Assembly: GCA_003670925.1 (NCBI GenBank)
Contig: QWQG01000198.1
Location: forward strand, 10,994-74,993
Direction: 5' to 3'
DNA length: 64,000 nt
From: Planctomycetota bacterium
Lineage (GTDB): Bacteria; Planctomycetota; Planctomycetia; Planctomycetales; Planctomycetaceae
The translations under genes were made by a program, and so were the position numbers. A model generated the notes under the pieces. It worked only from the letters and a program-made list of their open reading frames with translations, made no database searches and had not been told where the DNA came from. Shown in pieces: positions 54,844 through 64,000 of the stretch (position 1 is the stretch's first letter; every line of letters starts with the position of its first letter).

Positions 54844-55761
54844 TCACCACATTGGAAACTTCGGCCGCGCAATGGTAAACGTCGCGGCGCGGGAAAATTC
54901 AGCGGTTGACTGCCGTTTCTGAAGACGGACAAAGCCGCCGTCGCTCATGGTTACGAAGTGATCGGGAAAATTGACGGCTTCAAAAGAGACGGCGGAAGGT
55001 CTGAAAAAACCTTTATGGATCCTGAAAGACGCATTCTGTCGAAACGCGTCCTCCTGACTGTACGCCTGCAGCCGGAGTTCATTGTTACCGTGAGCAAGAT
55101 AGTGGTTTGGAGCGTTTACAGCCCGAAACGAAACAATTTCCGACGGTCGACCCTGAATGCCGGATTCAGCGATACTCTCTCGCACGATCCCATCGGTGGA
55201 TAATCCTATGACCATTTCGAACGTCGCGTTCAATCGCTGATGCTTCTGCACTTCTTGTACACTGAATTTTAAGTCGGCGTGCATCAAATGAAGAGTGGTC
55301 TTGCTTGTGAGTTGCAGAGAAACCAGTTTAGACACTAGTTCACGGTCTCGGATTTTCTGCTGGACTTCTTGTATCTCATCAAGTCGATCTGATGCGGCAA
55401 GTGTTGCGGTCGCTGCCCGATAAGTTTCAAGTAAAGCATCCTTTGCGGCCCTTGTTGCCTTGCCATACAACTTATAGTGCTCTTCCAGTTCCGGGTCCAT
55501 GAGCAGTCCCTCCGCTTCAAAGTATTGTAGTCCAGTTGCAAGTCGGGTGACGTTTTCGAGTTTCGCGGACTCTGTTTGTTTAACAATCTCCTGCTGATAG
55601 GCATCGACCAGTCTTTCTTTTGCCACGTCGATGGCAGCTTCGAAATCTGCCTCTGCTGCGTCTACAGCCGCCAATGCATCGTCCACGTCATCCGCTGGAT
55701 ACGCCGGGCCAGCGGCAAGAATTGAACAGATTAAAGTCAGTCCAACTAATCGCTGCGTCAT
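54844..55761 (-). CDS. Secreted protein: coiled-coil N-terminus + AbfB/CBM42-like (beta-trefoil) C-terminus
   Basis: Signal peptide present. The C-terminus carries two repeats, SFRAVNAPNHYLAHGNNELRLQ and SFEAVNFPDHFVTMSDGGFVRLQ. They resemble the repeated S..S.N.PG.YLRH pattern of arabinofuranosidase-B type binding domains. Confidence 0.55.
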   Translation of the reverse strand: MTQRLVGLTLICSILAAGPAYPADDVDDALAAVDAAEADFEAAIDVAKERLVDAYQQEIVKQTESAKLENVTRLATGLQYFEAEGLLMDPELEEHYKLYGKATRAAKDALLETYRAATATLAASDRLDEIQEVQQKIRDRELVSKLVSLQLTSKTTLHLMHADLKFSVQEVQKHQRLNATFEMVIGLSTDGIVRESIAESGIQGRPSEIVSFRAVNAPNHYLAHGNNELRLQAYSQEDAFRQNASFRIHKGFFRPSAVSFEAVNFPDHFVTMSDGGFVRLQKRQSTAEFSRAATFTIARPKFPMW

Positions 55762-56125
55762 ACCAAACTCCCGATAGCCATCATCCGAAAGTCAAAAACA
55801 TGCAGGGCCGGCGGCTTTCAAAAATCGCTTTTCGAGAACTCATCCTGTCCTGCAAAGTGGATCAATCGCCGCGACATCATCAAAACTGCAGGGCGTTCGC
55901 TTCGGCTCGTGAGAAATCCGCGTCGGCATTGTGTCGCCCTGTCGCCTGCTTGATCGAGTGCCCGCGTATCGCTTGTCCCATCGACATTCACATCGGTAAT
56001 ATGGCGGTGGTTTTGGGAGTTCACTCACACCACCACGTCACAACAGCACAACGGGGAATGATTGTGACCAGCAAATCGCTCACTGGCTTGATTCTACGTT
56101 TATCCAGCTGACAGGACAACCAACC

Positions 56126-57244
56126 ATGCAATTCAAAGTGATGCCGTCGATCATTGGCCTTTTATTGAGCGTCGCAGCGTCATCGAGCGAAGCGGGTGAC
56201 GACGCCACGTGGAACCGGTTGAAACCGTATTTCGAATCACCTGCCGAGTTCGCTCAGCAGTTCGGCAAGTATTCTTCGCCGCTTAAGTTTTACGACGGCG
56301 CTCCGGTCAAAGACGCTGCCGACTGGGCTCGGCGTCGGCAGGAGATCCTTGACCGCTGGAACGGACTGCTTGGCAAATGGCCAGCGCTGATCGAACGGCC
56401 TGTTCTCGAACGACTGGAATCGACGCGACGCGACAACTTCACGCAGCATCGCATTCGTGTGCAAGTCGCACAGAGGCAAATGCTTGACGGTTACCTGCTT
56501 GTCCCCGACGGATCGGGGCCGTTTCCCGCAGTCGTTGTGCCCTATTATGAGCCCGAGACAAGCATCGGCGCCAAGGGTGAATTGCGTGATTTTGCTCTGC
56601 AACTGACGTTGCGCGGGTTTGTGACGATTGCGATCGGCTCGCCCGGTGGCGATGCACGGCTGCCCGCCACGGCGGAGACAGGATTGCAGCCGTTGTCATA
56701 CCTCGGGTACGTTGCGGCAAATTGTTACAACGCGCTGGCCACACAGCCGGAAGTTGATCCCCTGCGGATCGGGATCGTCGGTCATTCGTATGGAGGCAAA
56801 TGGGCGATGTTCGGTTCATGTTTACATGACAAGTTCGCCTGTGCCGCATGGTCGGACCCAGGAATCGTGTTTGACGAGGCGCGGGGTAGTGTGAACTATT
56901 GGGAGCCATGGTACCTCGGTCTCGGCGTTGGGCCAAAACGCACGCCGGGGTTGATCACAGCGGAAAACCCACGCACCGGTCCTTATGCTCAGCTGATCAA
57001 GCAAGGGCTTGATCTTCACGAGTTGCACGCATTGATGGCCCCGCGACCATTCCTGGTCTCAGGAGGTTCTGAAGACTTCCCGGCGCGATGGATACCGTTG
57101 AATCATTCAATCGCCGTGAACCAGTTCCTTGGCGCGACGCACCGCGTTGGTATGACCAATCGTCCTGCGCATGACCCGACTGTCGAGTCGAACGAACAGA
57201 TCTATTTGTTCTTTGAGCACTTTCTGAAGCCGGAAAGAAGGTGA
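56126..57244 (+). CDS. Secreted alpha/beta hydrolase (dienelactone hydrolase / acetyl-xylan-esterase-like)
   Basis: Signal peptide present. The nucleophile elbow is GHSYGG. Subfamily not assignable. Confidence 0.7.
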   Translation: MQFKVMPSIIGLLLSVAASSSEAGDDATWNRLKPYFESPAEFAQQFGKYSSPLKFYDGAPVKDAADWARRRQEILDRWNGLLGKWPALIERPVLERLESTRRDNFTQHRIRVQVAQRQMLDGYLLVPDGSGPFPAVVVPYYEPETSIGAKGELRDFALQLTLRGFVTIAIGSPGGDARLPATAETGLQPLSYLGYVAANCYNALATQPEVDPLRIGIVGHSYGGKWAMFGSCLHDKFACAAWSDPGIVFDEARGSVNYWEPWYLGLGVGPKRTPGLITAENPRTGPYAQLIKQGLDLHELHALMAPRPFLVSGGSEDFPARWIPLNHSIAVNQFLGATHRVGMTNRPAHDPTVESNEQIYLFFEHFLKPERR

Positions 57245-57374
57245 GACTGATGACTTCCTGATCGAATGATGGACTGCGACTGTAGTTTCGGTGTAATGCG
57301 ACGGTGGTTTGATTATCATGCTTCGCGCGGAAAAGCAGACGACTCCTCGCGACCTGTGTTAGGGGACCTTGTTG

Positions 57375-58769
57375 ATGTTTTCCAGACTTCTGATGATCGT
57401 TACGGCGTTGCTATGGTGTGGAGTGGGGGCTGGCCAGACAACGGTGCAGCCCGATCCAACGCAGCTCGCGGGAGTGATTGAGCAAGCTCGGGTCGACTGG
57501 AACGTACCAGGGCTTGCGGTCGCGATTGTGAAAGACGGTCAGGTGTTTCTCGCCAGCGGATTCGGTGTGCGTGAACTTGGAAAACCGGAATCCGTGGATG
57601 GTGATACAGTCTTTGCCATCGCTTCAAATACCAAAGCTTTCACCGCTGCCGCAATCGCGATACTGGAAGAAGAAGGTAAAATTCGTTGGGACGATCCCGT
57701 GCAGCAACATCTTCCGTGGCTGCAGCTTTACGATCCGTATGTGTCCGCTGAAATTCGCATTGATGATCTGCTCTGCCATCGCAGCGGCTTGGGAACCTAT
57801 AGTGGTGATCTTCTGTGGTGGGGTACGCCATATACGCCAGAGGAAGTGTTGCGACGCATAAAACATCTTCCGGCCAACGGACGTTTCAGAGTCACATATG
57901 GGTATTCGAACCTGATGTTTCTGGCGGCCGGTGAAGTGATCCGTCAGGCTGGTGGAAAGTCTTGGCCTGAATTTATTCAGGAACGCATCTTGTCTCCGGT
58001 AGGAATGACCCGAACGGTGACGTCGGTAAAGTCACTAGATGCGTTGTCTAACGTCGCCTGTCCGCATAAGCCGACATTGGAAAATGTCAGCCCGATACCT
58101 TGGTACAACTGGGACACGATGGCTGCTGCCGGCGGAATCATTTCCAGTGCGAACGACATGGCGAAATGGCTGCGCGTCCTCCTAGATCACGGACAGATTG
58201 ACAACGAGCATCGCCTGTTCTCCACCGCGTCATCGCGTAAAATGTGGACGCTGCATACCGTTTTGCCGTTCAGTGAAGCGGCTCAGAAGCATTCGCCAAC
58301 CTCGCATTTTAAAGCTTATGGACTAGGCTGGAGTCTTTCCGATTATAAAGGCCGCATGACGGTTTCCCACGGTGGTGGTTACGACGGGATGTATTCGCAT
58401 GTGCTACTGGTCCCGGAAGACAAGCTTGGGATTGTGGTTCTGACCAATAGTATGACCGGAATTTCGCCGGCACTGGTAAACACGATTATGGATGAATTCC
58501 TTGGCGGGGAAAAAATCGACTGGCTGACACAGGGACGCGAACGCGATCTTAAGGACCGAGCTGCTTTCTACCAGCGCATCAAAGATACCACGACGCCGAA
58601 AGTGGAGGGAACGCAACCGAGTCGCGACCAACAGGCGTATGTCGGAACCTATCGTAGTTCGCTCTACGGCGAGGCAACCGTGGGTGTCGAAGACGATAAA
58701 CTGGTGCTGCGACTTAAGCCCAATTCTCAATTGGTGGCCGATCTGACGCATCTACATTACGACACCTAG
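57375..58769 (+). CDS. Secreted serine hydrolase (class C beta-lactamase/PBP fold) with interrupted C-terminal domain
   Basis: ATG at 57375 (the ORF opens at TTG 57369). Motifs SNTK and YSN. It ends at TAG 58767-58769 in the middle of a DUF3471-like C-terminal domain (see findings). Confidence 0.85.
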   Translation: MFSRLLMIVTALLWCGVGAGQTTVQPDPTQLAGVIEQARVDWNVPGLAVAIVKDGQVFLASGFGVRELGKPESVDGDTVFAIASNTKAFTAAAIAILEEEGKIRWDDPVQQHLPWLQLYDPYVSAEIRIDDLLCHRSGLGTYSGDLLWWGTPYTPEEVLRRIKHLPANGRFRVTYGYSNLMFLAAGEVIRQAGGKSWPEFIQERILSPVGMTRTVTSVKSLDALSNVACPHKPTLENVSPIPWYNWDTMAAAGGIISSANDMAKWLRVLLDHGQIDNEHRLFSTASSRKMWTLHTVLPFSEAAQKHSPTSHFKAYGLGWSLSDYKGRMTVSHGGGYDGMYSHVLLVPEDKLGIVVLTNSMTGISPALVNTIMDEFLGGEKIDWLTQGRERDLKDRAAFYQRIKDTTTPKVEGTQPSRDQQAYVGTYRSSLYGEATVGVEDDKLVLRLKPNSQLVADLTHLHYDT

Positions 58770-58934
58770 GTTATTCACTGGCGTCAGGAGTTTGCGTGGT
58801 TTGCTGAGGGCACAATTCAGTTTGTACCGGATGGCCACGGAGTCTTTCAGGAGCTGCGACTGGATATTCCCAACGATGATCTATGGTTCGATGAACTTAA
58901 GCTCATGCGTGTGTCGCCCGCGTCGCCGCGTTAG
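58770..58934 (+). other. In-frame continuation of the preceding hydrolase ORF beyond its TAG stop
   Basis: 54 further sense codons in the same frame (VIHWRQEFAWFAEGTIQFVPDGHGVFQELRLDI...), ending at TAG 58932-58934. Confidence 0.6.
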
Positions 58935-59063
58935 CGTAAGCGTGATTTAATCAGCCGTTGGGCGCTAGCCCCTGTTTAGATAACGAAATCACGATGAGAC
59001 CAACCGGGGCTAGCGTCTTTCGGCTCATGAGTAGCACTAAGTCAACAGACTGCTCGCCCGAAG

Positions 59064-59570
59064 TTAGCGGACCGGTGCTTTGCCCAGCAGACGACGCAGT
59101 AAGCCGATCTGACCGGCATGCAGCATTTCATGGTGCGCGCAAAACAGCAGTCCGCCGAACTTTGTGGCGATCACGGCGTACGGCATATCAACAGCTTCGT
59201 CGAGCACAGAATCACTGAATGTCGGAAGCTCAAGCATGGCCTGTTCGTAAACTCGCTCAAACACGTGTAAAATGTCTGGCGGGGACGGGTTCTTCAACGG
59301 GTCAGGATCTGGCGTGGTTCCTTTGCTAAACTTTTTACGAAACGCAGACGACATCAGATTCTGATCCACATCGGCGCGGCCCCGCATCCGAAACAAACAC
59401 AGGCCGTACTGGGCCATTGCCAGATGACCAATCTGCCAGGCCAGATGTGATACGCCTTCTGTCGGCTGGCGAAACCAGTCGTACGGCTCCAGATCAGTGA
59501 GGAGCGAATGCATGTATTCACGGGCGCATCGAATCTGGCCAATTGCCAGTTCGAGTCGGGATAAGGTCAT
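59064..59570 (-). CDS. DinB-family (DinB_2-like) four-helix-bundle protein
   Basis: His-triad-like motifs HLAWQIGHLA and AHHEMLHAGQI. 168 aa. Confidence 0.8.
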   Translation of the reverse strand: MTLSRLELAIGQIRCAREYMHSLLTDLEPYDWFRQPTEGVSHLAWQIGHLAMAQYGLCLFRMRGRADVDQNLMSSAFRKKFSKGTTPDPDPLKNPSPPDILHVFERVYEQAMLELPTFSDSVLDEAVDMPYAVIATKFGGLLFCAHHEMLHAGQIGLLRRLLGKAPVR

Positions 59571-59706
59571 GACTTTGTCTTTGCATCAAGGAATGAATTG
59601 CGATTCCGGCCATGCGTGCTCATCCTCTAGGCAACCTCATAAGTTCCACGCAAGAACGGGGCACGTGATGCACAACGTAACACGACTTCCTGGCCGAAGC
59701 AATCGG

Positions 59707-60159
59707 TCATTTTCCCCGTAGTTTCGTCAGCAGGCGATCCAGTTGATTGGCAAAATCCTGTTTGTTCCGAGCGCTGTAGGGTGCTGGACCACCGGTTTCC
59801 ATGCCCGAGCCTCGCAGTTCATCCATCAGATTCCGCGCTGCGAGGCGAGAACCAACGTTGTCTGCATTCAATTCTTCGCCACGCGGATCTAGGACGGTCG
59901 CACCGCGGGCGACGGCATTTGCAGCCAGCGGGATGTCCGCAGAAATGACAAGATCTCCGACGCTCACAAGTTCCACGATGCGACGATCAGCTACGTCGGC
60001 ACCGGCTTTCACCAGTTCGAAATGAATGAGGTTCGACTTCGGAATCCACATCATTTGATTGGCAACCAAGGTCATCTGAATCTGCAAGCGTTTGCTCACC
60101 TTGTACAGGATTTCCTTTGCTTCTACCGGACAGGCATCCGCATCAACCCAAATCTGCAT
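59707..60159 (-). CDS. yaiI: YaiI/YqxD family protein (UPF0178/DUF188)
   Basis: MQIWVDADACPVEAKEILYKVSKR...ADRRIVELVSVGDLVISADIPLAA is the characteristic family signature. Confidence 0.88.
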   Translation of the reverse strand: MQIWVDADACPVEAKEILYKVSKRLQIQMTLVANQMMWIPKSNLIHFELVKAGADVADRRIVELVSVGDLVISADIPLAANAVARGATVLDPRGEELNADNVGSRLAARNLMDELRGSGMETGGPAPYSARNKQDFANQLDRLLTKLRGK

Positions 60160-60250
60160 GGAAAGTTGGCTTTCTGAATCACAATAAATATGTCACGATG
60201 CGTGATCGTTCTGTGGGCGGCTGGATCAGGTAAGTTCAAGAGGAATTCCT

Positions 60251-61504
60251 ATGCGAAAAATTTGGAGATCTTCATTCCGCATTGTCGTGATGATAAGCCT
60301 TGTTGCCGCACATGCAAATGCTGGCGACTGGGGTCAGTTCCTCGGTCCGAACCGAAATGGTGTTTCCACCGAGACAGGGCTGATTAACGCTTGGCCTGCC
60401 GCCGGGCCAAAAATCGTGTGGCGCACACCTCTTGGGGTCAGTATGTCTGGAGTTGCGGTCGCTGAGGGTGCCGCCTTCACCATGTTTCAGGACGAAACGT
60501 CGCAATACGTTGTCTGCCTGAATGCTGCTGACGGGAAAGAACGCTGGCGCACGTCGGTCGCTCCTAAGTATGAAAATGCGATGGGCCACGGTCCTCGCGC
60601 GACACCAACAGTTGCCGAGGGGTATGTGTTTGCCTTCACCGGTGAAGGAATTCTGGTGGCCCTGAAGGTCGCTGACGGCAAGCAACAGTGGACTGTTAAT
60701 GTCCCGAAATTGCTCAGTGGAAAACCGAATGAGTATGGCGTGTCATGTTCTCCTCTGGTCACGAGCGATCGTGTCATCGTGCATTCCGGCACGAAAGCAG
60801 CCGCCGTGGCCGCGTTTGGAATTGCCGACGGCAAACTGGCATGGAAAGTCGGGAGCGGGAACGCGGGTTATGCTTCACCTGTCTTGATGTCGCTGAACGG
60901 TGAACCGCAGATCGTGTCGTTGACGGGTTCCAGTGTGCTCGGGATGGAACCAAAGTCTGGCAAAGAACTGTGGTCATTTCCGTTTCCCACGGAATTTGAT
61001 TGCAATACGGCATCGCCGGTAAGGCTAGACGAGCAGCATCTTCTGCTTTCGGCCGGTGAGAATCATGGCTCGATGGTGCTCGCAGTGAAGGTCGACAAGA
61101 ACGGTGCAAAGGCTGAAGAAATCTGGTCGTCACTGGGCAAAGACAGCCAACTTCGCGCCGAATGGCAAACGCCCGTTATTCACGATGGGCACTTGTATGG
61201 GCTCGACAATCAAGGCGGCGCCGGGCCGATTACAAATCTAGTTTGTCTCCGGCTGAAAGATCACAAGACGGTCTGGCAGAAGAATCGTTTTGGAAAGAGT
61301 AATCTGATTTTGGCGGACGGAAAACTGTTCCTCACCACGATGACCGGTGAGGTTGTGATTGTCGAAGCCAGCCCTCAAGAATTTCACGAGCTCAGCCGCG
61401 CCACGATTATGGAAACGACGCGCCAGGCTCCCGCACTTGCCGACGGTCATCTGTTCGTACGCGATGACAACGAAGTTTTATGTATTGAAGTGAAGGCGCC
61501 GTAA
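60251..61504 (+). CDS. Secreted PQQ-like beta-propeller repeat protein
   Basis: Signal peptide, then GDWGQFLGPNRNGVS and repeated W-containing blades. The call is fold-level only. Confidence 0.8.
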   Translation: MRKIWRSSFRIVVMISLVAAHANAGDWGQFLGPNRNGVSTETGLINAWPAAGPKIVWRTPLGVSMSGVAVAEGAAFTMFQDETSQYVVCLNAADGKERWRTSVAPKYENAMGHGPRATPTVAEGYVFAFTGEGILVALKVADGKQQWTVNVPKLLSGKPNEYGVSCSPLVTSDRVIVHSGTKAAAVAAFGIADGKLAWKVGSGNAGYASPVLMSLNGEPQIVSLTGSSVLGMEPKSGKELWSFPFPTEFDCNTASPVRLDEQHLLLSAGENHGSMVLAVKVDKNGAKAEEIWSSLGKDSQLRAEWQTPVIHDGHLYGLDNQGGAGPITNLVCLRLKDHKTVWQKNRFGKSNLILADGKLFLTTMTGEVVIVEASPQEFHELSRATIMETTRQAPALADGHLFVRDDNEVLCIEVKAP

Positions 61505-61704
61505 AGCAATTCTCGTGATAACAGGCTCACGCACCTGCCGAGACATGCGGAAAAAGTAGCCGTCTTGCGCCGTCCAAACGAGCCATAATCAAGCCCCGTC
61601 AGCCATGAGCCGCAGGCCATACCAAGACGTGCGAGAATCCGCGTGCCATCGGTTCGCAATGGACATTTACGAAATGTATATCACGGCGGAGCGTGATGGC
61701 TACC

Positions 61705-63846
61705 TTACCTCACATCCATCCCCAGTGTCTTGACCAGAAACGCCCATTGATCAGACGCCTCTTCGATGATCTTGGCGGTTGGTTTTCCGGCACCGTGCCC
61801 GGCACGAGTTTCGATGCGGATCAACGTTGGCGCGGTGCCGGATTGGCTGGCTTGAAGTTGTGAGGCAAACTTGAAGCTGTGTCCGGGAACGACACGGTCA
61901 TCGGTGTCTGCGGTCGTGATCAATGTTGCTGGGTACTGCGTACCGCCTTTCAGATTGTGATAAGGCGAATACCTCCACAACGCGGGAAACTCTTCCGCGT
62001 TGTCCGCATTGCCGTAGTCATCCGTCCAGAATCTTCCAGCGGTAAATTTGTGAAATCGCAACATGTCCATGACGCCCACCGCTGGCAGGCATGCACCGTA
62101 AAGATCTGGGCGTTGCGTCATGCAGGCTCCCACGAGCAGACCACCATTGCTGCCACCTTGAATCGCCAATTTCTTTGACGACGTGTACTTGTTCGCAATC
62201 AGCCATTCAGCTGCGGCAATAAAGTCATCGAACACATTTTGCTTGTTCTGCTTTGTACCGGCCTTGTGCCATGGCTCACCGTACTCGCCGCCACCCCGCA
62301 GATTCGCCACCGCCAGCACGCCGCCCATTTCCATCCAGGTAAGTCGACTCACACTGAAGCTGGGTGTGATGGAAATGTTGAAACCGCCGTAACCGTACAG
62401 CAACGTCGGATTCGATCCGTCGAGCTTCAGACCCTTCTTATGGCACAGAAACATGGGCACTTTGGTCCCGTCTTTGCTGTCGTAGAATATCTGGGATGTC
62501 TCGTAGTCATCCGGATTGAACTTCACGTCCGCCTTGCGAAACAATTCGCTGGCACCCGTGATCATGTTGTAGCGATATGTGGTCGGTGGCAGGGCGAAAC
62601 TACTGAACGAATAGAATGTGTCCGTGTCCTTGCGGCGCCCGTCAAAGCCTGCGGCAGTTCCGATGCCGGGGAATTCCACTTCCCGGACGAAGGTCCCATC
62701 CATGGCGTGCAGTCGCACCTGCGTCTTCGCATCCTTGAGATAATCGCACACAAACATATTGCCGACGATTCCTACATTCGCGAGGGCGTTGTCGGTTTGC
62801 GGGATAATTTCTTTCCAATTTTCGCGAGCTGGTTGTTTCAGATCAATCGCAATGACACGCCGCAGCGGTGCGTCGACGTTTGTCTTAAAGTATAAGACGT
62901 GATCATCGTTGTCGATGAATGAGTACTCATGGTCGAAGTTGTCGATCAACTCAGATGGCAGCCCAAATGGTTCCGTCAGATCTTTTACCACAATGCGATA
63001 GCGATCGTCGGTACCGACCCAGACCGTAATAATCAGATAGTGACCGTCTTCAGAGACGCTCAACTGAAAACCCCAATCTGGTTGGTCCGGCCGTTCGTAG
63101 ACGAGCACGTCTGCCGACTGCGGTGAGCCGACACGATGATAGTACACTTTCATGTTCGCATTGAGCGACTGAAATGCGGCACCTTCTTGCGGCTGCGGAT
63201 AGCGGGCGTAAAAGAAGCCGTGGCTGTCTGGCGTCCACTCAGCTCCACTAAACTTCACCCATTTCAATTCGTCATCAAGCACCTTACCGGTTTCGATCTC
63301 CATGATCTTCCATGTGTTCCAGTCAGAACCGGCGTCTTGAACTCCGTATGCGACGTATCGACCGTCATCGCTGAACGCCGATCCAGACAAGGCCACTGTA
63401 CCGTCCTTGGACCAAGCGTTCGGATCGAGCAGCACTTTCGCGTCACTGTCGAGTGTGTCCTGTCGGAACATCACATTTTGGTTTTGCAGACCATCGTTCC
63501 GCGAAAAAAAATAGCGACCACCACGTTTGAATGGCGCTCCAATCTTTTCGTAGTTCCAAAGATCCGTCATGCGTTTCTGAATTGTGGCGCGTTGTGGGAT
63601 CGCATTCAGAAAGTCGGACGTCAGTTTATTCTGAGCTTCTACCCAGTCCGCGACGTCCTTCGACGTGCGGACATCGTCTTCCAGCCAACGATAAGGATCT
63701 TCAACTTTGGTGCCGTGGAAGTCATCAACTTGCGAGACTGTTTTCGTCTTCGGATACACGAGATTTTTCTCCTGGGCCGCCAGCGGCTGAGACAGAACGA
63801 CAACTTCGGCAATGACTAGCCAAGCAGTCAGCACAATTCGATTCAT
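61705..63846 (-). CDS. Prolyl oligopeptidase (S9A family)
   Basis: Signal peptide present. The N-terminal hallmark is YPKTKTVSQVDDFHGTKVEDPYRWLEDD, and the catalytic Ser context is GGSNGGLL. Confidence 0.92.
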   Translation of the reverse strand: MNRIVLTAWLVIAEVVVLSQPLAAQEKNLVYPKTKTVSQVDDFHGTKVEDPYRWLEDDVRTSKDVADWVEAQNKLTSDFLNAIPQRATIQKRMTDLWNYEKIGAPFKRGGRYFFSRNDGLQNQNVMFRQDTLDSDAKVLLDPNAWSKDGTVALSGSAFSDDGRYVAYGVQDAGSDWNTWKIMEIETGKVLDDELKWVKFSGAEWTPDSHGFFYARYPQPQEGAAFQSLNANMKVYYHRVGSPQSADVLVYERPDQPDWGFQLSVSEDGHYLIITVWVGTDDRYRIVVKDLTEPFGLPSELIDNFDHEYSFIDNDDHVLYFKTNVDAPLRRVIAIDLKQPARENWKEIIPQTDNALANVGIVGNMFVCDYLKDAKTQVRLHAMDGTFVREVEFPGIGTAAGFDGRRKDTDTFYSFSSFALPPTTYRYNMITGASELFRKADVKFNPDDYETSQIFYDSKDGTKVPMFLCHKKGLKLDGSNPTLLYGYGGFNISITPSFSVSRLTWMEMGGVLAVANLRGGGEYGEPWHKAGTKQNKQNVFDDFIAAAEWLIANKYTSSKKLAIQGGSNGGLLVGACMTQRPDLYGACLPAVGVMDMLRFHKFTAGRFWTDDYGNADNAEEFPALWRYSPYHNLKGGTQYPATLITTADTDDRVVPGHSFKFASQLQASQSGTAPTLIRIETRAGHGAGKPTAKIIEEASDQWAFLVKTLGMDVR

Positions 63847-64000
63847 AGCGAGCCTCCGGGAAGACCTGCGAGTCCAGGTCCTGTGCGTGGGAAGATTGAG
63901 AACCGCTCCCGCGAGAGCGTTCCACGTTTTATACTTTCTGGTGGGATGAATGTTTAGCCTGAGCGTATTACGAACGCAGGTTGCGTCCTGAACTCGATTT

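Noticed and set aside
48812-55761. A tRNA-Ser-associated genomic island or prophage remnant containing XRE, ImmA and csrA.
   Set aside because: There is no integrase, recombinase, transposase or phage structural gene. I found no repeat of the tRNA 3' end. The genes lie on the 5' side of the tRNA rather than at its 3' end. I see no obvious compositional shift by eye.

Overview
This 64-kb chromosomal segment looks like Planctomycetota, judged by eye. It has a giant PSCyt1/DUF1549/DUF1553 protein with a DUF1501 partner, a TDAGL-type leucine-rich-repeat surface protein, an HTH-REC response regulator, many secreted esterase or serine-hydrolase genes, and mid-range GC. I call about 46 protein-coding genes, tightly packed on both strands, plus one tRNA-Ser(CGA). 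I see no rRNA, CRISPR array, transposase or integrase. Recognisable housekeeping genes are acs, class II fba, glyA, proS, sthA, prlC-like oligopeptidase A, ruvX, yebC, ppnP, yaiI and prolyl oligopeptidase. The rest is lineage-specific: secreted carbohydrate-esterase fusions, two beta-lactamase-fold hydrolases, orphan TadE/TadG fragments, a BRCT-MerR-TPR protein, an XPB-like helicase, and large secreted proteins of unknown function. The most system-like observation is at 48.8-53.1 kb. There an XRE repressor gene, an ImmA/IrrE protease gene and a csrA homologue sit beside tRNA-Ser and are linked by a reiterated (G)TTGACAG motif, including a perfect palindrome in front of csrA. A 710-aa secreted protein of unknown function follows. 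Other points worth follow-up are an in-frame TAG splitting the C-terminal domain of a serine hydrolase, a tandemly duplicated esterase fused to an SMP-30/gluconolactonase-like propeller, an NPCBM-like insertion in the PSCyt/PSD protein, a frameshifted Uma2 nuclease remnant, and several unexplained non-coding repeats and hairpins. All calls rest on reading motifs in the supplied translations and the DNA. No database search was run.
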